From: Leucoraja ocellata
Lineage: Eukaryota
Reading direction: 5' to 3'
DNA: 64,000 bases
Assembly (NCBI GenBank): GCA_036785375.1
Contig: JAWMAR010000054.1
Location: 4,588,001 to 4,652,000 of the forward strand
A program made the position numbers and the translations under genes. The notes under the pieces are model-generated. The model had not been told where the DNA came from. It saw only the letters and a list, made by a program, of their open reading frames with translations, and did not search any database. Every line of letters starts with the position of its first letter. Within the stretch, counting starts at the first letter, position 1. Positions 1-10,425 of the stretch are shown one piece after another.

Positions 1-159
1 GTGCGGGCTAACAAGCTTTCCTCCCAAATCTACCTGCATCTGCCAATCATTGGCCCCCTCATTGCCTGACATACCCGTCTGAAAACGTTCCCCCTCTACC
101 TTTCTCTCCCTCACGGACAAAATAAATCGCTACACTCTCAGTCCTGATGCCTACTGAAT

Positions 160-385
160 CTCCTCCTCTCAATTGCTGCAGCTATACACTTAAAGACCTG
201 GTTATGCCACCAAGTATACCGACCCTGAGAAAGACTAGCCCTACATCCTGACAAAATATGCCTCAACGTTGCCACCTCTGAACACAGGGGACACACTGGG
301 TCCCCACCTACCCATTGTTTGAGCTTCTGCAGCACATCATATATACCCTTTTTAAGGAAACTTACATGACTTGCCTCCATGTAAC
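160..385 (-). mobile_element. Fragment of an RLE-clade (HERO/NeSL/R2-like) non-LTR retrotransposon, zinc-knuckle region
   Basis: ORF 138..584 contains YDVL..QWVGGDPVCPLCSEVATLRHILSGCRASLSQGRYTWWHNQV. This is a CX2CX7HX4C knuckle followed by a degenerate RHN motif, as in HERO-like elements. Confidence 0.7.
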
Positions 386-1329
386 ATTTAATTTTCCCTG
401 TGATCAATCTAATGCTAATTTTATTTGGTTTTCTTAATGAATGAAACTGGGAGAAATTTGATGCAAGAAACTTGGGCTCCGTGATAAATCGGAGCTTCAG
501 ACACAAGCCAGCACGGTCCCTGGCTTTCATGCAGAACCATGGGTTTCTCGTATGTTGAAGCTTGTTCACACTCATTAAATCCATGCTTCTTAGAAGATAG
601 TAGTTTGCGGCTGCAATCTGTGATGTAAAAACATGATTAAATCCTAAGAAGTTAGCTGGAAGTGATGGCAGAATTTAGGTTAGACCGAGTACCCCGATTT
701 TCCAAAGTGAATCTTTGGAAAGGAAGAGAAAGGCTTTCTTCCCCACAATGGCATGAAAGGTAAATATGATGATTCACACACTGAAGATAGAGACTTAGTA
801 TTGCAGGAAGTCTAACGGCATCATATATTCTTCAAAAGCATTACTTAATTCCACCTCCCAACACCAGGTTTTGGCAATGGTCTGAACATCAACACAATTA
901 AGTAGCATTCATTCACATTCACATACATGTTTCAGAGATTGCACCACTCTGGTTACTTAATAAGGATAAGCACATCATCCAAACATGTGAGTGATTCTCA
1001 TTAGTATCATTCCTTCACTACAAGGTGGGACATGGATGAGGAACTGCATTAAATTATTTTACATAAGACCCAGTCATAATAGGATTATTTAGACTATCTA
1101 CTCCACTAAATCCTCCTTTTCCTGCTTAGTGCTCTTTCCTTTCTAGCTGGAAGTAAGGGGTGATCCCTCATAATAGCCAGATGCTGCAGCCAAGGAACAG
1201 GAACTGTAGTTGTGTCTGTGGACAGGAACTGAGTCTTGGAGAGATCCATGCAATGGAACCATTGCTTGTGCATGTTAATAGTCTGCATCCACCACATTAA
1301 CCATGGCCTTTGTTCTCTATATTACCCCA

Positions 1330-1661
1330 CAAGCTTGTTCCCGATGTTGGGGAAGTCCAGAACGAGAGGGTCACAGTTTAAGGATAAAGGTGAATCATTT
1401 ACGACAGAGATGAGAAAAACATTTTTTACACAGAGTGGTGAATCTCTGGAATTCTCTGCCACAGAATGTAGTTGAGACCAGTCCATTGGCTATATTTAAG
1501 AAGGAGTTAGATGTGGCCCTTGTGGCTAAAGGGATCAGGGGGTATGGAGAGAAAGCAGGTACAGGATACCGTGTTGGATGATCAGCCATGATCATATTGA
1601 ATGGCGGTGCAGGCTCAAAGGGCCGAATGGCCTACTCATGCACCTATTTTCTATGTTTCTA
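1330..1661 (+). mobile_element. CR1 LINE 3' end
   Basis: Encodes LFPMLGKSRTRG.. at the CR1 ORF2 C-terminus. The 3' UTR ends in (ttctatgt)n. Near-identical in reverse complement to 49633-49960. Confidence 0.85.
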
Positions 1662-2374
1662 AGCCATCTGCAAACCAAACATTGTGGTGGCACAAATGCA
1701 AATGTCCAGTGGACTGCATCTGAATGAAGACATCACTACCATTGCCAGGATGTCAGCTGTTGACCCGCAAGATGTATGGCTTGTGGCCACCCTCACAACA
1801 GCTGAAAGGGTAAATTGGGCCAAAGGGCCCATTTCGAGGTCAGTTTATTGTCACATGTACCAAATAAGGTGCAGTGAAATTTGAGTGTTGTAACTCTAAG
1901 CCTAACTCTATGCGTGACTTTGCCATTTGCCAAATATTTGGGCGGATTATATTGGGCAAGGTACTGTTAACGTATGGCGACTTGGTGATTGAATTCAGTA
2001 GATTTACCTTCTAATTAGAACCATTCAACATGTTTCCATTTTTTAAGGTACAGCAACCAGTGGGATTCTTATGGGTGAATCCTCACTTACCGGAGAAGAT
2101 GTTTATTCTATCAGTTAATCACAATGAATAGAAATGCAGTAATGCCGCACTGTCTACTTATAATTACTTTGTCCATTTTCATTCTCTCTTAAAATGTTTT
2201 AGATTTCTGCGGCGATCATCAGGCCATCAGCTGCTGGAAGTTGTTCAATGAGAAAGTTCACACTAAGTTTTAAATCAACTGAATTCTACTTGAAGGGTCC
2301 TGACCTGAACATATCCTCCAGGGATGCTGGCTGACCCACTGAGTCACCCCTACTCTGGTTCCTTCATTTTAGAT

Positions 2375-3379
2375 CAAATTGTGACTGTTGCAGAGATTAG
2401 ATTGGCCTTCCTGAGGGTCAGCCCACGAAAAGCAACTGGCCTAGACAGAGTTCCTGGCTGTGTCCTTAGTAGCTGCGTGGACCAGCTAGTGGGAGTACTT
2501 GCGGACATCTTTAATCTCCATACCTGTTCTGATGAACCCACCTGCTTCAAGGAGACCACCATCATCCCAGTGCCAAAGAAAAGCAAGACCAAACGACTAT
2601 CATTCAGCGACCTCGACACCCACCATCATGAAATGCTTTGAGAGGCTAATTATAAAACACATTAAACCCAGTCTAACTAGCGGCCTTGACCCACTGCAGT
2701 TCGCCTACCGCCACAGCAAGTCCACGGACAATGCCTTCGTCCAAGCCCGACACTCATCCCTCCAACACCTGGATAAGAGGGACACCTATGTCAGACTCCT
2801 ATTCATAGACTACAGCTCTGCTTTAATACCATTATACCATCCAAGCATATCACCAAACTCGCGGGACTTGGTGTCAGCACTCATCTCTGTAAGCGGATCC
2901 TTGACTTCCTGACAAACAGACCCCAATAAGTGAGGATAGGGGACAAATCATCCTCTACAATAATCCTCAACACTGGTGCTCCACAAGGATGCCCTTCTTT
3001 ACTCAGCCCCCTTCTTTACTCCTTGTACACCCACAACTGTGCAGCCATGTACAAAACTAATTCAATTTTCAAAATTGCAGATGATACCACCATTGTGGGC
3101 CAGATATCAAATGATCATGAGACGGAGTACAGGAAGGAGATTGAGAACCTTGTGTCCTGGTGTCGAGACAACACCCTTTCTCTCAGTGTCAGCAAGATAA
3201 AGGTGATCGAGATTGGCTTCAGGAAGCAAAGCAGTACACATATCACAGTTTGCATTGATGGCGCTGAAGTAGAGGTGGTTGACAACTTAAAATTCCTAGG
3301 AGTTAATATCACCAACAACTTCTCCTGGACCACCCATCTTGAAGCAACGACCAAGAAAGCACACAAATGCTGCTACTTC
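2375..3379 (+). mobile_element. Rex1/Babar-type LINE RT, 5' part (frameshifted, split by the ERV)
   Basis: ORFs give [46 protein letters not shown] and K(I)ADDTTIVG. Confidence 0.9.
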
Positions 3380-4161
3380 TGAAAAAGTTACTTTTATAAC
3401 TACTAAACCAGGTTCGCTTCTTAATAAACAGACACCACACAAACTGTTTGGTAGACTAGTTCAAAACTTTACTTAACATCGGCCGATGGAAGGGAGCGAG
3501 AATTCCAGCTAAGTGGCCAATGTAGACACTCGACTGTCCTCGGTCCACTTCTCTGAACAACAGAATTACATTGCCTTAAATAGGGTTTTTTTGTCCCCTT
3601 AGCACATTCCACAGACATTAGTCATGGTCAGAGGTACAGGAAAAGGTTTCCACAGAATGCATCACATCAAAAGCATTTTGTTTACATGGTACAAGATATA
3701 CTAAAAACATTGGCCATTTGTTTTAGGTCATTTTATCTTCAAAGAGATCACCCTAGCTCTTTTGCTGCTTCCTCTCTGTCACTTGGTCCCTCATAAACAT
3801 AGGCCATTTGGTTTATGGCATCTTATCTTTCTACTTCCCTGGTTCCTCTCTCGTCACTTCGCCCCTCATAAACATTGGCCATTTGGTTTACGGCATCTTA
3901 CTTCAAAGATGTGACTAGCTGTTTCTCTCTTCCTTTGTCGCCTCCTCCCCCATAAACATTGGCCATTTGGTTTACGGCATTTACTTCAAAGATGTGACTA
4001 GCTGTTTCTTTCTCTGTCACTTCCTCACTTGTTATGGTATTTATTATCTCACACACCGCAACCTGAGGCAAGCCTAATTTGACACTAAATATAAGCTGTA
4101 AACTAGCCCAGAAACCTATTTTAATTTTTTCTTATTTTTGTAACTTTATTCGGCTTCATCA
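3380..4161 (-). repeat. ERV 3' LTR (782 bp)
   Basis: Starts TGATGAAGCCG right after a purine-rich tract and ends ..TTTTTCA. Direct repeat of 9059-9849. Confidence 0.95.
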
Positions 4162-4174
4162 TACCATCCTTTTA
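4162..4174 (-). promoter_or_regulatory. Polypurine tract (PPT) of the ERV
   Basis: TAAAAGGATGGTA lies immediately 5' of the 3' LTR on the minus strand. Confidence 0.65.
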
Positions 4175-4189
4175 TCAAAATTTTGATAA

Positions 4190-5434
4190 CTACAGTCCTT
4201 GCCGAGTACATACGAAAGACCATAAGCATCGCATCAGACAAATTACGAGTACAACTAGTCATACAATCAATCCATAGTGGACAACCATTCCCCAAGTCCC
4301 TCCAAACATATTAAATGGCCACCAAACTCCACCGGAGCTATAACCATGGAATTCAGCTCCTACCTTCCTTATTTTAGCTACTTCCATTCTGATATGGGCA
4401 GCCAAGTTGGTAATGTTGGAGGAAGCATCGGGAATAAAAGTGCAACATTCTCGACCTATTATTGCACATGTCCCTCCTTTTTCTGTCAGGATAAAATCTA
4501 AGGCCATTCTGTTTTGTAATACTACGGTCCTTATAGCTACCATTTCAGCTGTCACCCCTTCTACCTCCTCCTGGGTTGCACTCAAGGAGATGGCAGTGGC
4601 ATTAGCAAGTGTCTCTAAAGCGGAGGCCATTTTAATTAGTTCCCGTGACACTATTATACTACCAAAGGATGGGAAGAGTATCATAAAAAATTGCTCAGCC
4701 TTTGCTAGGCTTCGCTTGGAAATCCCCGTGTGCCGGTGCAACTGACTCATGCTTCTCATACGTGGGACCACATATGCAACATAACAACACCCTTTCCAGT
4801 GATGGGGTCCCTTTAGTCGTTCCCAAGCTGCCCCGTCAGACGGCGGCATTCCTGGTAACCATGGGTAGGCCCAGGATCCACATACAAAATATGTGCAATT
4901 AACTGGTCAGGGTGGGCCGATAATGGTGGCTGCCTGAGTTGACATACAAGTACTGTTTCCCAAGAATACACCTGTGCCTTGGTGGTGGCAAAAACAGGTA
5001 GTATTAACTGGCCTGTGCGGATCTTTTACTATCTGTAGTCGGGGTATATCTGCTGCATTTGTCACGTTCAATTTCCAATCTCCTTTGAAGGGAGGGGTGT
5101 ACCATCCTTCAAAATCATTGTATTTCGGGCCTCCATAGGTGATGTTTATTGTTTCGTTTTTGGTATTTGTTATCCGTATGAGTTTTAGGCATGACGATTT
5201 TTTAGCAGAGTTACAAAAGCACCTCATCGCTAGTCTCTCGGTAAGGTTTAATGGAATGGGGACCAGGGCAATTCTTTCCTTACTGCTAGTCGGAACACCG
5301 GTGCATACCCAACATTCAGTCCCATTGGCCCGTACGGCAAACTCATGGCTCATAGCCAGATAGGTATTAGTCCATGTTACCCCGGCCATGGTTAGGATTG
5401 TCAGTAGAGCGAACATCACTCGTGCCTTCATCAT
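4190..5434 (-). pseudogene. env: ERV envelope, gamma-type; single frame with two in-frame TGA stops (4907-4909, 4259-4261)
   Basis: Signal peptide MMKARVMFALLTILTMAGVTWT; SU CWVC (CXXC); basic cleavage site ISKR|SL; immunosuppressive domain LQNRMALDFILTEKGGTC; CX6CC (CAIIGRECC); hydrophobic TM anchor ending at TAG 4190-4192. Confidence 0.93.
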
Positions 5435-5664
5435 CCTTGTATCCAATCTTTTTGCAGTCGGAGAGATGTATCCAACATGGATGGTTTTCAACCTGCACTG
5501 CTGTTGGTGTAGTCAGCAGCACCTGGTATGGTCCGTTCCAACGGGGGCCGAGTTTCTTGCGGTTCCAAATTTCTGATAAGTACGTAGTCCCCTGGTTGGA
5601 CTATTTTGCACTGGTCAGCATCAGGTAGCGGCCTCTGGGACTCCTTTACCTGTAAATGCAATGC
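5367..5664 (-). pseudogene. pol: Integrase C-terminal (GPY/F) remnant, with one frameshift; overlaps the env start
   Basis: Manual translation gives ..IVQPGDYVLIRN / WNRKKLGPRWNGPYQVLLTTPTAVQVENHPCWIHLSDCKK, the class I retroviral IN C-terminal signature. Confidence 0.88.
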
Positions 5665-6542
5665 TCATGCGGTGATGTCGCCCAAATCTGATGTTTGTCC
5701 ATGTCGTTTGCTGTTGGCTGATGGCGGCTGATAACTCCTTCAACGATCTGGTTCTCTTGCCAATATTCCAACGTTCCCTGAGAAAAATATTGCTCACCCA
5801 GTATGTTACTTGCTTGGTTGCATAATTCGTAGGTGAGGTACCCCAGCTCTTTTGCTGAGTGGTCTGCCCTCACTGAGGTGGTTACATGAGGTGCCACTAG
5901 AGAAGCATTCTGTTTCCACAACCCTTCCTCCACTTGCACGATCAAGGCAGTGCCAGGTTCGCCTGACACTGTTCCTATCAAGCGGACCCTAGTCGCTTCC
6001 CCTATCAGTGAACTAAAGTAATCTTCCATTTCAGGATTGCAACCCGTATGATCATAACATAAGTTCACATGTGGATCGGGTGTATTTCCAAAGACTGGTG
6101 CTGACAAACGATCAATAGCCCACCATTGAGATGTTGGGAAGTGTAAAGTGTGCGTCATCTTCTGGGTCTGGAGGTGAATTCCCTCGTCAGTGCAGATCAT
6201 TCCCGCTTTTAATCCTATCAATAGGTCTCTGCCTGCGAGGTTGCTGCCAAGAAATGGTGTAACGGAAAAAGGGAGGGTACATTGTTCCTGTCCATAGGTT
6301 ACAGTCAGAGGCTGAGTTAGTGGGTAACACCGTACTTTCCCATCCAATCCTGATAATCGTGTTACATGGTCTGACATGGGAACTCCAAGAGATGCCGCAA
6401 GCTCCTGATTCAGGGTAGATGAGGTTGCTCCTGTATCAATCAAAAACGGAACTCTGGTGTCCCCCAGCATCATGTTTACTACGGGTTCTTCATCGGGGTT
6501 GGCGATTAATGGGAATAGATGCTGTACAGGGAAGTGGGTGGG
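5665..6542 (-). CDS. pro: Retroviral aspartic protease, then a 2H-phosphoesterase-like domain, then the first residues of RT (truncated)
   Basis: Protease motifs FLIDTGAT and NLAGRDLL. Then PHVNLCYD (His codon 6069-6071) and PHVTTSV..HSAKELG (His codon 5886-5888). Then IWATSP, resembling the RT N-terminus. In frame with gag across a single TGA. Confidence 0.88.
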
Positions 6543-8397
6543 TCATTGGGAAAACGGGTTGTTGGTCGAGTACGGAGCCTGTCTTCCCCGTACTTCCCCA
6601 GAGTCACCAGAGGGACATTCCCTTTTCCAATGCCCCATTCCCCCACACCGAAAACAACTTCCTCCAGTTCCCTTCTCACCTCGTGATCTTCCTTGCCCTG
6701 GGTGGTTTTGATTTCGTCTTCCCTGGAATTCTCCCCATCGTGGCCTATCCCATTGTGGTCTGGGTGGAAAACCCCTTCCTCTACCAGGGCGCATCCCGTT
6801 CCCAGGTCTTACAGCCAGAGCCTGGTAGGAATCCTCAGCTGCTGGATCCCACATATAATATTCTGTTTTTATTCTGGGTGCACTGGTGGCAGCCGTGTTT
6901 CCAGCACCGTCAGCCCAAAAGGCAGCTATCGCACGTCTCATCTGGGTTATGTCGTTGTCTGACCAGTTTAAGTTAGTTTTAATCATTGACTGTACTTTAA
7001 GAGGGAGACAACTCATCAACATAGCATTAAAAGCTGGGGACCTATTACCTGCATTGTATACAGAGTCTCCTGCAAAGGTCCCATAGATACTAGTGAAACG
7101 ATCCAGATACGACTGGGGGTCTTCCTTTGGACCGGGCTTACAATCGAGGACCACCGACATGTTAATTGGCTTCTTCAAACATTCAAACAGGTTGGTCATC
7201 ATAAAATCTACACAAACTGTCTCGTCTGCATGTGCCTGCACGGCTTTTAGTGTCCGCCAAGTCTGATGTGTCATAACATCCTTCCACTTCTGTTGTTCGG
7301 CCGCTGACAAAAGTGACAATGTCATGGACCAAATATCACGGTCCGTAGCCTGATAATATTCTACCGTACTCCGGAGGTATTCTACAAATTCCTTCGGGGT
7401 CTTATGGCGGTCTGGGGCTTTATCCCGTATCATACATTGCTCGTGTGGTTTCCACGGTGCTATATTTGCATGGTATCGGCCTGATTGGCGTCACCTGCCC
7501 TAGGGTTTGGCACCGCTCTCACAGGGAGATTCTGTGCAGTCCTTCTAGGGTTTGTTTTTACTCGCTCCCCAATTGATCCCACCGTGTTAATCGCTTCATC
7601 TTGGACACTGTCCGTCAGCTCACTCATGTCTTCCTTTAGTATTTCACCGTAGCTTTGTAAGGTCGGAACTTCAGGGAATATGGATAGTACTGACGGAGCT
7701 GCCAAAGGTAAGGATGCCATTGCTACTGGTAGGACATAGGGAGGTGGACGTCTCCCAGGATTATCTAACTCCTCATCTTCACTACCAAACAGGGGCGTCG
7801 TGCCAGACATGAGGTCTCCTCCAGAGGATTTACCAGTACTGGGTTTATTTTTACTAACCCTCACCTGTTTATCACCTGCTGTCTGAAGAAGGGTTTCGGC
7901 CCGAAACGTTGCCTATTTCCTTCGCTCCATAGATGCTGCTGCACCCGCTGAGTTTCTCCAGTTTTTTTGTGTACCTGTTTATCACCTCCCGCCTGTCTCT
8001 TAATTCTTTTCTCTTGTTCCTCCGCACACTGGCATTCTAGTTGCAATACTTTCCATCCTTTCATAGTGCCATCCTTATTCCTTAACGCTATCCCTTGTTT
8101 ACATGCGGTATCCATCCAACTTCGATCACTACTCTCCTCATGCTTCTTCTCTGCTTCTGCTTTCCACGTTTTAATTCCCTTCTTCCATTTCTTTCCTGCC
8201 TTCCTTTCCCATATCAACACCTCTGCTTTTTTAATTGTCTCGACATTCCATGTGCCCCCTACTGGCCAGGCTTCATCCCCCAACCGTTTGGCCAACTTGT
8301 AATTTAACACTCTAAATTTCTTATTATACTTAGGATTCAAATAACGCATATGTTGGATGGGGGTTCCCCCCTCACTGTTATCCAGAGCATTCCCCAT
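6543..8397 (-). pseudogene. gag: ERV gag (MA, late domain, CA, NC), disrupted by a 110-bp insertion and a 1-nt frameshift near 7460
   Basis: MGN myristoylation start; WPVGGTWN matrix motif; PPPY late domain; P-V-R CA start; MHR-like KPGPKEDPQSYLDRF; CCHC knuckle CFRCGGMGHWKREC. Confidence 0.93.
7878..7972 (+). mobile_element. Short Penelope-type pLTR fragment with hammerhead core, inserted into gag
   Basis: Flanked by a 15-bp direct repeat ACCTGTTTATCACCT (7863-7877 and 7973-7987). Contains CTGAAGA-AGGGTTTCGGCCC-GAAACGTT. The same repeat family occurs many times in the window. Confidence 0.85.
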
Positions 8398-9037
8398 AGA
8401 TAGATAGAGAAAAAGAGAGAGAGAGAAAAAGAGAAAGCAGACCGCCTAATTCCGAATCGTTCAAAATATATCAACCAGGCTGACTCGCGACTCGAGACCC
8501 CAGTTTCTCAATTTGGCTGACTTTTTAACTCTGTAATATACAACGCCACTTATTTCTCAATCCGACAACTCTCTGGATGTCTCAATAAGCCAGACGCACA
8601 CCTCACCACCCTTATCTCAACCCGACAAAACACGGATGTCTCAACGAGGCCGACAAGCCCTTAGTAGAGAGAGAGAAAAAAGAGAAAACAAAGAGAGATA
8701 GACAGAGAGAGAGAGAAAGAGAAACCACTCACGTCCTTCTTAACAATATACACAAGCCCTTCTTAAAAATACATGCACAATTCTGTCTTAAAAATACACA
8801 CACAATCCCTTCTTAAAAAAAAAAAACCTATAAAGCCCGACTGGTCTTACCTTTGTCTGTTTCTAAGAACCTCGGCAGGGAACCTGGATCAACCTCTGAT
8901 GAAGGATCACAGACGTTCCCGGGAGTTTCTAGGGAGTCGGTCGTACAAGGGGGCCGATAGAGCTCAGTTATCTCCCTTCCAATCCCGGCAACCTCTGCAA
9001 CCTCTTGCACAGTCAGCTGTTGATGTGGTCCCAGCGA

Positions 9038-9057
9038 GGCCTGCCAAAAAAACGCCA
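9038..9057 (-). promoter_or_regulatory. Putative primer-binding site (degenerate; possibly tRNA-Ser-like)
   Basis: TGGCGTTTTTTTGGCAGG lies 1 nt downstream of the 5' LTR. It shares TGGCGT..GGCAGG with the tRNA-Ser PBS TGGCGTAGTCGGCAGGAT, but the middle differs. Confidence 0.45.
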
Positions 9058-9058
9058 A

Positions 9059-9849
9059 TGAAAAAGTTACTTTTATAACTACTAAACCAGGTTCGCTTCT
9101 TAATAAACAGACACCACACAAATTGTTTGGTAGACCAGTTCAAAACTTTACTTAACATGGGCCGATGGAAGGGAGCGAGAATTCCAGCTAAGTGGCCAAT
9201 GTAGACACTCGACTGTCCTCGGTCCACTTCTCTGAACAACAGAATTACATTGCCTTAAATAGGGTTTTTTTGTCCGCTTAGCACATTCCACAGACATTAG
9301 TCATGGTCAGAGGTACAGGAAAAGGTTTCCACAGAATGCATCACATCAAAGGCATTTTGTTTACATGGTACAAGATATACTAAAAACATTGGCCATTTGT
9401 TTTAGGTCATTTTATCTTCAAAGAGATCACCCTAGCTCTTTCGCTGCTTCCTCTCTGTCACTTGGTCCCTCATAAACATAGACCATTTGGTTTATGGCAT
9501 CTTATCTTTCTACTTCCCTGGTTCCTCTCTCGTCACTTCGCCCCTCAGAAACATTGGCCATTTGGTTTACGGCATCTTACTTCAAAGATGTGACTAGCTG
9601 TTTCTCTCTTCCTTTGTCGCCTCCTCCCCCATAAACATTGGCCATTTGGTTTACGGCATCTTACTTCAAAGATGTGACTAGCTGTTTCTTTCACTGTCAC
9701 TTCCTCACTTGGGAGACAATGTTATGGTATTTATTATCTCACACACCGCAACCTGAGGCAAGCCTAATTTGACACTAAATATAAGCTGTAAGCTAGCCCA
9801 GAAACCTATTTTAATTTTCTTATTTATGTAACTTTATTCGGCTTCATCA
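9059..9849 (-). repeat. ERV 5' LTR (791 bp)
   Basis: Direct repeat of 3380-4161, differing by roughly a dozen substitutions and a few indels, including 10 extra bp near 9711-9720. Confidence 0.95.
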
Positions 9850-9853
9850 CTTC

Positions 9854-10425
9854 CTTAGAAGGTTTAGGAAGTTTGGCATGTCCCCTGCAACTCTCACCAG
9901 CTTCTACAGATGCACCATAGAAAGCATTTTATCAGGATGCATCACAGCTTGGGAACAGCTCCATCCAAGACCGCAAGAAATTGCAGTGAATTGTGGATGC
10001 AACCCAGACCATCACACAAACCCATTTATACCTCTCGCTGCTTCGGCATGGCCAGCAGCATAATCAAGGATGAGTTACATCCTGGCCACTTACGCTTCTC
10101 CCCTCTCCCATTAGGCAAGAGGCATAGAAGTGTGAAAACGCACACTACCAGATTCAGGGACAGTTTCTTCCCAGCTGTTATCAGGCAACTGAATCATCCT
10201 ACCACAACCAGAGAGCAATGCTGAACTACTATCAACCTCACTGGTGACCCTTAGACCATCCTTGATCGGACTTTGCTGGCTTTATCTTGCATTAAATATT
10301 ATACGCTTATCATGTATCTATACACTGTAAATGGCTCGATTGTAATCATGTTTCTGCTGGCTGGTTAGAACGCAACAAAAGTTTTTCAGTACCTCTGTAC
10401 ACGTGACAATAAACTAAATTAAACT
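9854..10425 (+). mobile_element. Rex1/Babar-type LINE, 3' part
   Basis: LRRFRKFGMSPATLTSFYRCTIESILSGCITAW..HPGH..LPLGKRHRSVKTHTTRFRDSFFPAVIRQLN; ends with an (aaact)n tail. Confidence 0.9.

Larger units (their letters stand above)
3380..9849 (-). mobile_element. Endogenous retrovirus (class I, gamma/epsilon-like), full LTR-to-LTR provirus with pol deletion
   Basis: Two direct LTRs with TG..CA ends; TSD CTTC at 3376-3379 and 9850-9853; gag, pro, IN tail and env motifs. The host LINE reading frame rejoins across the insertion (KCCYF|LRRFRKFGM). Confidence 0.97.

Noticed and set aside
6419-6976. 185-aa antisense ORF over gag/pro, as a possible accessory gene
   Set aside because: No recognisable motif and no ATG at the ORF start; antisense ORFs are expected opposite coding sequence. 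Would need conservation among paralogs to support it.
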